In this document: one piece after another, positions 36,632-46,609 of the stretch
How positions within the stretch are numbered: the stretch's first letter is position 1
Layout: each line of letters starts with the position of its first letter
Origin: Alphaproteobacteria bacterium
GTDB taxonomy: Bacteria > Pseudomonadota > Alphaproteobacteria > MPNO01
Assembly (NCBI GenBank): GCA_965248835.1
Contig: CBDFLJ010000001.1
Coordinates: forward strand, 192,001-256,000
Reading direction: 5' to 3'
Length of the DNA: 64,000 nt
Made by a program: the position numbers and the translations under genes
Notes under the pieces: model-generated
What the model was told of the DNA's origin: nothing
The model's database searches: none
Seen by the model: only the letters and a program-made list of their open reading frames with translations

Positions 36632-38467
36632 ATGACCGGCGGCCCAGACGCCCTGGATCCATTCACGTTTCAGATTATCCGCCACCGCCTGTTTCGGATC
36701 GTCGACGAGGCGGTGATCACGCTCAAACAGGTGTCGGGAAGCGCCACCACCAACGAGGGCCACGACCTGATGGTCTCGCTCTACCGCGTCGATGGCGGTC
36801 TGTTGATGGGGGGCGTCGGTTTCTTGCACCACATCACGAGCGCCGCCGCGGCATGCAAAGCGATCATTCGCCGCTTCGCAGGCGACATCAACGCAGGCGA
36901 CGTCTACTTGCTGAACGACCCCTACACCGCCGCCCTGCACACCTCGGATGTTTATCTGATTGCGCCGATACATTTCGGCGAACGGTTGGTCGCGTGGTGC
37001 GCTTGCTTCGTCCATGTCAACGATATCGGCGCGCTCAATCCGGGCGGGTTCAGCCCGGATTCGCGTGACATCTTTACGGAAGGCTTCTCCTCGCCCGGCC
37101 TCAAGCTCGTCGACCGGGGTGAGCTCCGCCACGACGTGCTCGACACCCTGCTCAACATGGTTCGTGCGCCCGACATGGTCGCGCTCGACATCCGCTCGAT
37201 GATCGCGTGCAACAACGTGGCACGCGATCGCATGCTGGCGCTGATGGGGAAATACGGCGACGAGGCGGTGGACGCGGTCGGGGGCGCGCTCATCGATCAG
37301 TCCGAGCGCATGATCCGAGCACGCCTTGCCGAACTGCCCGACGGTCAATGGCAGGCGCGTCAGTATATCGATGTGAACGGCGAGACTCACCGCGCCGTAC
37401 TGACGATGACCAAGACGGCCGACCGGTTGGTGTTCGACTTCACCGGGTCCAGCCCCCAGTCGGCCTACGGGATCAACTGTACCTACTGGGCGACATGGGG
37501 CGGGCTGATGGCACCGCTCTATCCCCTGCTCTGCTTCGATATCACGTGGAACGAAGGAGTGATCCGGCCCATCGAGCTGATTGCGCCCATCGGCACCATC
37601 GTCCACTGCACCCGTCCGGCGCCGGTCTCGATCGCGACGGTGGGTGCCATCGAGGCGGTCAATAACGTCTCGCTCACCTGTATCTCGAAGATGATGTCGG
37701 CCAGCGAAACCTATGCCGAGGAGTCGACCGCGGTCTGGCACGGCAGCCATATGACCAACTACCTGTTCGGGCGCAACCAGCGGGGCGTCCACACCATCGG
37801 CTCGACCACAGAAGCGCTCGGCGGGGCCGGCGGTGCGCGTTTCGGCGCCGACGGCGTCGATGTCGGCGGCGAAATCCCCAACCCGATCTCACGGATGGCC
37901 AACGTCGAGACCAACGAGGCGCGCTACGCCATTCGCTATCTGTTTCGGCGGCGGATGAAAGATTCGGGCGGGCCGGGCCGCTTCCGCGGTGGGACCGGCG
38001 GCGAATACGCGATCGTTCCGCATGACGCGCCGGATGGCGAAATCGGCTTCGTGCTGTCCGCAAAGGGGATTGACTACCCGATGGGCCAGGGCATCAACGG
38101 TGGCTATCCGGGTGGTCCGGGCCAAGTCGTGCTGGTTGAAGGTGACGGTGCCGCCACGCCCGCCGCGCCCCTTCGACTCGACGACATCGACGGGACAAAG
38201 CGGCGAATTTCTTGGGGCGTCTTCCGGATGACCAATAACGACACGCTCTATATACGGTGGAACGGCGCCGGCGGCTACGGCGACCCATTGGACCGGGATC
38301 CCAACAGGGTGAAGGGCGATATCGACATCGGGGTCGTGTCGAGGCGATCGGCGCGCCACATATACGGCGTTGTTATCGACGAGACCGGTGCGGCGGATCG
38401 CGCAGTGACTGAGCGACTGAGATCCGACATGCGCGCGCGGCGACTTTCGAGCGAGGCAACGAAATGA
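36632..38467 (+). CDS. Hydantoinase B/oxoprolinase (acetone/acetophenone carboxylase-like) subunit
   Basis: LNDPY...H.SD, H..DIG, DSGGPG.FRGG.G, GGYGDPLDRDP. Confidence 0.9.
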   Translation: MTGGPDALDPFTFQIIRHRLFRIVDEAVITLKQVSGSATTNEGHDLMVSLYRVDGGLLMGGVGFLHHITSAAAACKAIIRRFAGDINAGDVYLLNDPYTAALHTSDVYLIAPIHFGERLVAWCACFVHVNDIGALNPGGFSPDSRDIFTEGFSSPGLKLVDRGELRHDVLDTLLNMVRAPDMVALDIRSMIACNNVARDRMLALMGKYGDEAVDAVGGALIDQSERMIRARLAELPDGQWQARQYIDVNGETHRAVLTMTKTADRLVFDFTGSSPQSAYGINCTYWATWGGLMAPLYPLLCFDITWNEGVIRPIELIAPIGTIVHCTRPAPVSIATVGAIEAVNNVSLTCISKMMSASETYAEESTAVWHGSHMTNYLFGRNQRGVHTIGSTTEALGGAGGARFGADGVDVGGEIPNPISRMANVETNEARYAIRYLFRRRMKDSGGPGRFRGGTGGEYAIVPHDAPDGEIGFVLSAKGIDYPMGQGINGGYPGGPGQVVLVEGDGAATPAAPLRLDDIDGTKRRISWGVFRMTNNDTLYIRWNGAGGYGDPLDRDPNRVKGDIDIGVVSRRSARHIYGVVIDETGAADRAVTERLRSDMRARRLSSEATK

Positions 38468-38742
38468 CCCGCCTATTGTCGCAGTCGCTTATCGTCGACG
38501 AGTTTAAGGACGGCACGATGGTCGGTTGCCGCGCATGTCGTCATACGCTGGTCAGGGTGCAGGAACCATGGAAGCCGCACGCGGTCATGCGCGAGCGTCG
38601 GTTTCGCGACATCGATCCGATCTATACAACCAACCACGAGCTGCTGTTGCGCGAGTTCTTCTGTCCTGGATGCGGTGCCCTTCTCGACACCGAAGTCGCG
38701 CTCCCCGGCGATCCATTCCTCGACGACAAACTTACAGTCTAG
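38464..38742 (+). CDS. Acetone carboxylase gamma-like Zn subunit
   Basis: CRAC...REFFCPGCGALLDTE; ATGA overlap; the stop lies in the IS target CTAG. Confidence 0.8.
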   Translation: MTRLLSQSLIVDEFKDGTMVGCRACRHTLVRVQEPWKPHAVMRERRFRDIDPIYTTNHELLLREFFCPGCGALLDTEVALPGDPFLDDKLTV

Positions 38743-39881
38743 TGGATGGAATCTAACTCTTGATGCCCGCGTTTGACGGCGGAGATGATTTTGTCCGGGT
38801 CCGCGGTCCAGCGAAATGGCTTGGCCTCGCTGGCGTTATGCTCGGCGACGAAACGGTTGATGGCGGCTTGAAGGTCAACGACGGAGTGGAAGACGCCGCG
38901 TTTGAGCCGGCGCTTGGCGAGTTTTGCGAAGAAGCCTTCCACGGCGTTGAGCCAGGAACAGGAAGTCGGTGTGAAGTGAAAGGTCCAGCGCGGATGACGG
39001 TCGAGCCAGCGTCGGACCTTGGGGTGCTTGTGGACGGCGTAGTTGTCGAGAATGGCATGGATGACCGTGCCGGCGGGCGTTCCGGCCTCGACCGTGTTGA
39101 GGAAGCGGATGAATTCTTGATGGCGATGACGCTGCATGTTGCGGCCGATGACCGTGCCGTCGAGGACGTTCAGGGCGGCGAACAGCGTGGTCGTGCCATG
39201 CCGCTTGTAATCGTGGGTCATCGTTCCGGCGCGGCCCTTCTTTAGCGGCAGGCCGGGCTGCGTGCGATCGAGGGCCTGGATCTGGCTCTTTTCGTCGACA
39301 CTGAGCACGATGGCATGGGCGGGCGGGTCGACATAGAGCCCGACAACGTCGCGCAGCTTGTCGGCGAAGTTGGCGTCTTTGGAGAGCTTGAACTGGCGCA
39401 CCCGATGAGGCTGGAGCCCGTGGGCGCGCCAAATGCGTTGCACGGAAGAGACGGAAACGCCGAGCTTCCCGGCCATCATGGCGGCCGTCCAGTGGGTCGC
39501 CTCGGCGGGCGGATCGGTCAGGGTCAGATCGACGATGCGCAAGGCGACACCGGGTTCGAGCGGCGGAATACGCGAAGGCCGGGTCTTGTCCCGCAGCAGG
39601 CCATCGACGCCCTCGGCCATGAACCGTTCCTGCCACCGCCAGACGCAAGGCTTCGACTTCCCGGTCCGGCGCATGATCTCGACCGTCCCCGCGCCGGCAG
39701 CCGTGGCCAAAATGATCCCGGCCCGCCAGACATGCTTCTGCGGGCTGTTCCTGTCCGCCACGACCGCTTCCAGACGAGCACGGTCGGCGACGCAAACCTC
39801 GAAGGTAATCCCTGTGCGCATGCCCGCAGACTCGCACATACGCTCGGACAAGGGAATCGTCTGTTAGATTTTATCCACTAG
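38739..39881 (-). mobile_element. IS630-family element, copy B (inverted near-identical copy of 30117-31259)
   Basis: Same IRs; the 370-aa translations differ only in HQALDSIH versus HQELDSIH. Confidence 0.93.
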
Positions 39882-40930
39882 AGCATTTTCTGAGCTTTGG
39901 GAATCGAGAGGGATTCCCCGGAGGGTGGATATGTGATTCAAGATGTGATTCAAGATGCGTGCTGGAGAAGGAGGCCGGCGTGCATGGCGAAATCTCTTTC
40001 CAAGGATCTTCGAGAGCGGCTTGTCGCGGCGGTTGAAGGCGGGATGACACGGCGCTCGGCGGCGCAACGCTTCGGAGTGGCGGCTTCGACGGCGATCAAA
40101 TGGGTCGATCGGTGGCGACGGACCGGCGATGTCGGGCCGCGGCCGCGGGGCGGCGATCACCGCTCGCACCGGATCGAGGCCCATGGCGAGGAGATCCTGG
40201 CCCTGATCGAGGAGACGCCGGACATCACCTTGGCGGAGCTGGCCGAGCATCTCGCCGCGGCCCATGGTGTGGTGTGGTGTTCGCGCAGAGCACGATCTGG
40301 CGCCTGCTCGAGCGTCGCGGGATGACGTTCAAAAAAAACCGCGCACGCCAGCGAGCAGCAGCGCCCTGAGGTTGTGCGACGGCGCCACGCCTGGTTCGAG
40401 ACCCAGCCTGATCTGGATCCCGAGCGACTGGTCTTCATCGACGAAACCGGCGCCTCGACCAAAATGGCGCGGCGAGCGGTGCCGTGCCCCGGTGCCCCAT
40501 GGTCATTGGAAGACCACCACCTTCGTCGGCGCGCTTCGGCTGCACGGCATGACCGCGCCCATGGTGCTCGACGGCGCCATGAACGGCGTGGCCTTCCTGG
40601 CCTATGTGCAGCACGTGCTGGTGCCAACACTGGCCCCCGGTGACATCGTCGTGATGGACAACTTGCCCGCGCATAAGCCCGTCGCCGTGCGGCATGCCAT
40701 CGAGGGCGCCGGCGCGGAGATGCGTTTCCTGCCGCCCTACAGCCCCGACTTCAATCCGATCGAGATGGCTTTCTCCAAGCTCAAGGCCTTCCTCGAAAAG
40801 GTCGCCGCAAGAACCGTCGACGACCTCTGGGATGCTATCGCCAATGGCATCGATAGCTTCACGCCAACCGAATGCCAAAACGACTTCGCTGCAGCCGGAT
40901 ATGACCGCGAATGATCGAAATATGCTCTAG
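39878..40930 (+). mobile_element. IS630-family element (third type), degenerate
   Basis: Ends CTAGAGCATTTTC / GAAATATGCTCTAG; [25 protein letters not shown] spread over several frames; A8 slip site 40331-40338. Confidence 0.85.
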
Positions 40931-41234
40931 CCGCCTACCTACCTCTCTCCCTTCATTGCTGAGGGATTCACGTAAGTCCAAGCGGAGGATTGTGGATGAA
41001 TCGATTGTCCAGTGGCCGTTGTAGGATAAGGTCTGCGCGACCGTGAAGCGTAACTCCCTCAGCGCGTTGCGGGGAAGGGGAATCGTGGGGCACGCCCGCC
41101 TAATAATGGCAAGGAACATCACCTTGGGCACGTAGCTTCACAATTCCGGTAACTGCCCAGGTTGTCTCGTAAGAGAAAGGTGTTGACGCGAATCGGTGCG
41201 CTATAAGTCAGCCGATGTGTGAGTGCTCCTGAGC

Positions 41235-41681
41235 GTAAGCGTCCGGTCTTGCCGCCCTTGTGAGGGGTCCGTCCGAAGCCGCAGTCTCTCGTGATGTTGT
41301 GGAGTCGATAGTGTCCACTATCGGCTAGTGGACACTATCGGAGGAGGAGTTGCGGTGGGGCGCCGGACACGCCGGTTCTGGTCGGACGAGGAGAAGCGCC
41401 GGATTGTGGCGCAGAGCTATGCTCCCGGCGTGTCGGTGTCCCAGGTTGCGCGTCGTTACAACGTGAACACCAACCTCATCTTCACGTCGCGCCGCGATCC
41501 TCGCTACCAGCCGGAGACCGTCGCCGATGCTGTACCTTCCTTATCTCCCGGTGGAGGTGATGCCGGAGCCGACTCCGCCGCCGCGTGCGGCATCGGACAG
41601 GCGGATCGAGATCGCGTTGTCGAGCGGCCATCGGATGAGCGCGTTGCGCACCGCGTGGGGGCGCATGCAATAGAGGTGTGA
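41235..41681 (+). mobile_element. IS66-family left end with tnpA remnant
   Basis: GTAAGCGTCC terminus, TAGTGTCCACTA..TAGTGGACACTA palindrome, RRFWSDEEKRRIV...SVSQVARRY. Confidence 0.75.
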
Positions 41682-41725
41682 GGGACCGTCCAATTGTCTC
41701 TCCGCCGACGATGCGCAGCTGAGTT

Positions 41726-42190
41726 CTAAAGCGGCAGGTGCGAGCCAGACACAAGGAGTGTCGTCGTCAGAGCGACGTTGCGCCGCATGAACAGCGGACG
41801 TGCGCCCGAGATGTCGATCCGGTCTTCGTAGTAGCCGGTGGCGTAAAATCGCGATTCGCCTTCGAGCGTCGTATGCATGACGATCACCGAGGTGACCGTA
41901 TCGGCTTCCTCCGCTTTCTTGTCGACGTCGAGACGATAGACGCTAGCGTGTCGGTGGAACCTGCCGAGGTTGGTAAAATGATCCCCGACCGACAGACACA
42001 TTTGGAGGAGAGGTTGGCGTTCGTGATCGAACCAGGTCATGTGCTGGTCGATCTCTTCGCTGTAGGCCGTTATGCTGTAGCGGAACATGGGTACGCATAG
42101 ATCGTTGAGCCATCCCGCGTAGTCGTCAGCATTCATCTGCAGGCAAGCGGCATATATTAAGTTTTCGATATCCTTGTTCGTGATCGCCAT
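41726..42190 (-). CDS. Ring-hydroxylating oxygenase beta subunit (MsmB-like), copy 1
   Basis: Paralogous to 46052-46510; F.Y.ITAYS.EI, RHA, G.Y.D. Confidence 0.8.
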   Translation of the reverse strand: MAITNKDIENLIYAACLQMNADDYAGWLNDLCVPMFRYSITAYSEEIDQHMTWFDHERQPLLQMCLSVGDHFTNLGRFHRHASVYRLDVDKKAEEADTVTSVIVMHTTLEGESRFYATGYYEDRIDISGARPLFMRRNVALTTTLLVSGSHLPL

Positions 42191-42208
42191 CGGGTACTCG
42201 GACCGCCC

Positions 42209-43420
42209 TCAATGCACCGGTGTATGCCCGAGGCCGAACGGATCCGCCGGGTCGCGGCCCATGCGGCGGCTCCATTCGGTGAAGTAGTTGCGCAAGGGGA
42301 TGTCGTCCTGGCCGCGTTCGTCTTCCTCACGCGCGTGAATACTGAAAACCGAGCTGCCGTCACGCATGGTCACCATCTGGATTTCGGACGCGACATTGTC
42401 CTCTGGGAGATTTCGGCCAAACGGTCCCCAGATCTCGTTGTGGTGGCGAATGCGCATTTCGCGGTCGTCCTTGGTCTCCCCCTTGATGCCGAGTGCGCGG
42501 TATTCAACGATGGTGCGTGTCGGACCGAGGGGGATGACGCAATCAACCCGGGCAACGGTCGTTCGCACATTGACCATGACGTCGGGGAAAATATTGACCA
42601 GCCGCCACTCGTCCGCCGCCAGGCCGGGGAACGGTCCGTGTGTCCGGCTCTCGCCCGCCTTGCCCCCGCGCGCAAGCTTGTAGTCCGGCGAAAACGATTC
42701 GAGGAACGAGTGTCCCCGCGGCCGAGGGCGGATGCGACGTGCCATGTAGTTTGGCTGGCTCATGTTTGTCTTTACGTTATAGACGTGCATGCCCTCGTGA
42801 TACGGCTCCAGGTTGGTCAGCTGCCATAGTTTCCAGTTGGTGTTCAAAACGATCCGGTGGAAGTGAATTGGCTCGAGGGTGCGCGTGCCGAGGCACTCCT
42901 CGAGCGAGGCCAGACAACCGCTCAGAAAATCATCGAGCGGCTCGCAATCGTCATCGAGATTGACGAAGACGAAGCCAAGCCGCACCTCGGTCCGCACTTC
43001 GCGGAGCCCCATCGTCTCGGTTGCGACGTCACAATGGTCGTAGGCCTCGCTGCGCGGGATGGCGACACAGTTGCCGCCGCTGTCATAGACCCATTGATGA
43101 AACGGGCAAACCCAGCGGCGCGCATTGCCACGCGGTCGGCGCAGCACCAACGAGCCCCGGTGGGAACAGGCATTCACAAACCCGCGAACCCGACCATCAC
43201 CGTCACGGGAGATGATCAGCGGCGTACCGGCGAGTGTGGTCGTTCGATAGTCGAACGGCTCGGGCAACTCCTGGTCGTGGCAAACGAACTTCCAAACCCG
43301 ATCGAAGATCTTCTCCTTTTCTTCGAGGAAGATTTCCTCGCTGGTGAAGATCGCGTTATCCACGAAATGGCTGGCGGGCAAGCTTGGGGGTTTTGCCCAT
43401 TCGGTTGCCGTTCTGGACAT
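42209..43420 (-). CDS. Rieske oxygenase alpha subunit (MsmA-like), copy 1
   Basis: CSH-x17-CPFH, N.EPYHE.MH, HHN.IWGPFGRNL.ED. Confidence 0.85.
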   Translation of the reverse strand: MSRTATEWAKPPSLPASHFVDNAIFTSEEIFLEEKEKIFDRVWKFVCHDQELPEPFDYRTTTLAGTPLIISRDGDGRVRGFVNACSHRGSLVLRRPRGNARRWVCPFHQWVYDSGGNCVAIPRSEAYDHCDVATETMGLREVRTEVRLGFVFVNLDDDCEPLDDFLSGCLASLEECLGTRTLEPIHFHRIVLNTNWKLWQLTNLEPYHEGMHVYNVKTNMSQPNYMARRIRPRPRGHSFLESFSPDYKLARGGKAGESRTHGPFPGLAADEWRLVNIFPDVMVNVRTTVARVDCVIPLGPTRTIVEYRALGIKGETKDDREMRIRHHNEIWGPFGRNLPEDNVASEIQMVTMRDGSSVFSIHAREEDERGQDDIPLRNYFTEWSRRMGRDPADPFGLGHTPVH

Positions 43421-43475
43421 ATGCGCCTGTTCCTCTCGTCAGTGGCGACCAACCGCAATACGCTTACCGGTCCCG

Positions 43476-44408
43476 TTATTGGGCCGCGATGCCCGCCCCA
43501 GCCTCGGTGCCGAACACGCCCGCTTCTTCGAGGAGCGATCGCAGCAATGCGCGATCTTCCTCGTCAAGCATTCTGAGCGGCCGCCGCGGCGGGCCGACGG
43601 GTCGACCCAGGATGTCGAGCCCGGTATGGCCCACCCGTATATGCGACTTGGTGCAAATGAGGTCGCAGATCGGGAACAGCCCGTCCCAGATCTCACGGGC
43701 CTTGGCGACATCGTCGTCGTAGATCGCGGCACGGAAGAACGCCATCGCCTCGTCGGGCAGAAAATTGGTCACAACGGGCGCCCAGCCGGTGGCGCCGGCG
43801 CTGAATGCCTGGAGGCTTGTCGATTCCCACCCGGCGATAATGGCGACCCCGTCGTCGGTCAGCCTGCGAATCTCGCTGATCCGCGTGAGATCGCCGGTGC
43901 TTTCCTTCACGCAGCTCATATTCTCGTGCCGCGCAAGCTCGGCGAGAAACTCCGGGGGCATGTCGATGCCGGTAGTCCACGGGTTGTTGTAGACGCAGAT
44001 CGGCAGGCCGATCGCATCGGCGACGCGCTCATAATGCGCGCGCACCTCATCCAGGGTGAGTGGCCAATAGGTCATCGGCAGGATCATCACACCGTCGCAG
44101 CCCACGGCCTCGGCGTGCTGCGACAGCCGCATACAGCCCGATGTCGTGCGCGCGCCGGTGCCCGCGATCACCCCGATGCGCCGGTCCACATGCCGCGCCG
44201 CGACCTCGATGCCGCGCTTCATCTCGTCTTCGGAAAACGAGCCGTTGCCGCCGGTCGAGCCGAACACGCACACCCCGTCCACGCGGTTCTCGATCTGATG
44301 GTCGAGCACGCGGCGCAGGCCGTCTTCATCGATCGCTTCGCCGTCATCCTTAAGCGGCGTCGGGACAAAGGTGAAGACGCGCGACCAAAATTCGTGCTTC
44401 GCTACCAT
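43476..44408 (-). CDS. DHDPS/NAL-family class I aldolase
   Basis: GSTG, IAGTGA, YNNP, VKES Schiff-base Lys. Confidence 0.88.
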   Translation of the reverse strand: MVAKHEFWSRVFTFVPTPLKDDGEAIDEDGLRRVLDHQIENRVDGVCVFGSTGGNGSFSEDEMKRGIEVAARHVDRRIGVIAGTGARTTSGCMRLSQHAEAVGCDGVMILPMTYWPLTLDEVRAHYERVADAIGLPICVYNNPWTTGIDMPPEFLAELARHENMSCVKESTGDLTRISEIRRLTDDGVAIIAGWESTSLQAFSAGATGWAPVVTNFLPDEAMAFFRAAIYDDDVAKAREIWDGLFPICDLICTKSHIRVGHTGLDILGRPVGPPRRPLRMLDEEDRALLRSLLEEAGVFGTEAGAGIAAQ

Positions 44409-44460
44409 GTGCCCCCATCGCAAATATCGGGACGGTGTGGAGCCTGAACCAAAGGAGGCC

Positions 44461-44739
44461 CTAGCAGATTTTATTGATCATTCTAAGCGGCGAACCTGCC
44501 GGGCGCAAGCGCCGGTGCCCGATGGCCTCCCGTTCGATCCTCTCTCTTTTCAGCAGGATGGTCCGGCCCCGCCCGAAATAGAAATCGGCGGGCGTGAGGC
44601 TGCTCAGGCTGTCGTGGTAACGGCGGTGATTGCAATGCTCGACAAAGGCCTCGATCCGAGCCTCGAGGTCCTCAGGCAAATTGTAGTTCTCCAGCAAGAT
44701 CGGCTTCTTCAGGGTCTCGAGAATCCCGACTTTTGACAA
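44461..44739 (-). mobile_element. C-terminal fragment of an IS3-like transposase
   Basis: ILLENY.LP.DLE..IEAFVEH.NHRRYH.SL..LTPAD.YFGRG. Confidence 0.7.
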
Positions 44740-44836
44740 TAGCTCTTGACAATGTTACAGTTGGATCGAATTTGTGTCGTCCCGCGTGATCCTGATGTGC
44801 TCATCGTAAGGCCCTTCCGGGCAGGGAGGACGGTTT

Positions 44837-46048
44837 ATGTCGAGAAACCTTGCCGAGTGGGAGGCGATTCCCGCCCTACCCCACAGCCATTTCGTCGACA
44901 ACGCGATCTACACCGACGAAGCCGTGTTCCGTGAGGAACAGGCGAAGATCTTCGGCAGTATCTGGAAGTTCGTCTGCCACGAGGGCGAGATTCCCGAGCC
45001 CAACGATTTCCGGACCAGTCGGGTCGCGGGCCAGCCGCTGGTCATCGCCCGCGGTGAGGACGGCCAGGTGCGGACATTCATCAACTCTTGTTCGCACCGC
45101 GGAACGGTGGTCGTCACCGAACCCGCAGGCAATGCCAAGCACTGGACGTGCGTGTTTCACCAGTGGGTCTACGACAATCGGGGCACATGCGTCACCATAC
45201 CACGCGACGAGGCATACCAACCATGCGACATCGACCGGTCAAAACTCGGATTGCGCGAGGTGCGGACCGAGGCCCGGTTGGGCCTCGTCTTCGTCAACCT
45301 CGACGACGATGCGGCGCCGCTCGATGAGTTCCTGGGAGATGCGCTCGCTCCGCTGGAGGTGGTCTTCGGCGACCGCCCGCTCGAGCCCTTCCACTACCAC
45401 CGCTGCGTTCTCGACACGAATTGGAAGCTTTGGCAGCTGACCAACACCGAGCCCTACCACGAGTTCATGCACGTCTATAACCGCAAGACGAATCTCTCCC
45501 GGAAGGATTTCTTCGAGCGCGCGTTCACGTGCATGCCGAACGGCCATCTGAGCATCGGCTCGTTCAAGCCCAACTACGCGCGCGGGACCAATTACGGGAC
45601 GGACGAGGCTCGGATGCGGCCACTCCCCGGTCTCCAGCCCGATGAATGGATCATCGTAGACCTGTTCCCCGATGTCATGATCAACGTCCGAACCACGGTG
45701 GCGCGAATCGACTCCCAGATTCCGTTGAGCCCGACCAAGACACTGGTCGAATACCGGGGGCTCGGGATCAAAGGCGAGTCCGAAGAGGACCGCACCATGC
45801 GCATCCGCCATCACAACGACGTTTGGGGGCCGTTCGGGCGCAACCTGCCCGAAGACAACCGCGGAACCGAGTTGCAGATGATGGCGATGCGCGGCGACGC
45901 GATCCCCTACAGTATCCATGCCCGGGAAGAGGGCGGCGTCGGTCAGGACGACAAGCCCGTGCGCGCCTTCTTCGCCGAATGGGGGCGGCTGATGGGGCGC
46001 GATCCGGCAAGCCCGTTCGACGCCGCGCCGGAAGAGCGGGCGTCGTGA
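44837..46048 (+). CDS. Rieske oxygenase alpha subunit (MsmA-like), copy 2
   Basis: CSH-x17-CVFH, NTEPYHEFMH, HHNDVWGPFGRNLPED; RBS GGAGGA. Confidence 0.87.
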   Translation: MSRNLAEWEAIPALPHSHFVDNAIYTDEAVFREEQAKIFGSIWKFVCHEGEIPEPNDFRTSRVAGQPLVIARGEDGQVRTFINSCSHRGTVVVTEPAGNAKHWTCVFHQWVYDNRGTCVTIPRDEAYQPCDIDRSKLGLREVRTEARLGLVFVNLDDDAAPLDEFLGDALAPLEVVFGDRPLEPFHYHRCVLDTNWKLWQLTNTEPYHEFMHVYNRKTNLSRKDFFERAFTCMPNGHLSIGSFKPNYARGTNYGTDEARMRPLPGLQPDEWIIVDLFPDVMINVRTTVARIDSQIPLSPTKTLVEYRGLGIKGESEEDRTMRIRHHNDVWGPFGRNLPEDNRGTELQMMAMRGDAIPYSIHAREEGGVGQDDKPVRAFFAEWGRLMGRDPASPFDAAPEERAS

Positions 46049-46051
46049 TCC

Positions 46052-46510
46052 ATGGCGATCACGCGCGATGCCGTCGCGGAACTCATCTATAGCTCGTGCA
46101 TTCTCCTCGATGAAGAGCGCTACGACGATTGGCTCGATCGCCTGTGTCACCCCGCGTTTCGCTACACCATCACGGCCTATTCGAACGAGATCAAGAGACG
46201 CATGACGTGGCTGGATCACGGGACCGATGCGCTGCGCCACCTATGCACGATGATCCCCGAACACGTGACCTACCACGGGCGCTTCCATCGCCACGCGACC
46301 CTCTACCGTCTTTCTGAGACGGCCGATCGGGCCGAGGCGATCTCCTCGCTCGTCGTCATCCATACCGACCTCGAGGGCGAGTCGCGGTTCTACGCTTCGG
46401 GCCGTTACAACGACACGGTGGATCTTTCGGGCGAGGCGCCTTACCTCCTTGCCCGCAATGTCGATCTGGATACGCGCGTTCTCGATTTCGGTTCGCACCG
46501 ACCATTGTGA
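46052..46510 (+). CDS. Ring-hydroxylating oxygenase beta subunit (MsmB-like), copy 2
   Basis: LLDEERYDDWL, FRYTITAYS.EI, RFHRHA, V.LDTR. Confidence 0.82.
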   Translation: MAITRDAVAELIYSSCILLDEERYDDWLDRLCHPAFRYTITAYSNEIKRRMTWLDHGTDALRHLCTMIPEHVTYHGRFHRHATLYRLSETADRAEAISSLVVIHTDLEGESRFYASGRYNDTVDLSGEAPYLLARNVDLDTRVLDFGSHRPL

Positions 46511-46609
46511 CAGTGCGGTAGCGCGTGCTTGGCGGAGCTGTCAAATCCACCATTCCAAGTGGAGGCACGGACCACAACAAGACCCAACAGACCTAAGGGA
46601 AGACAACAG

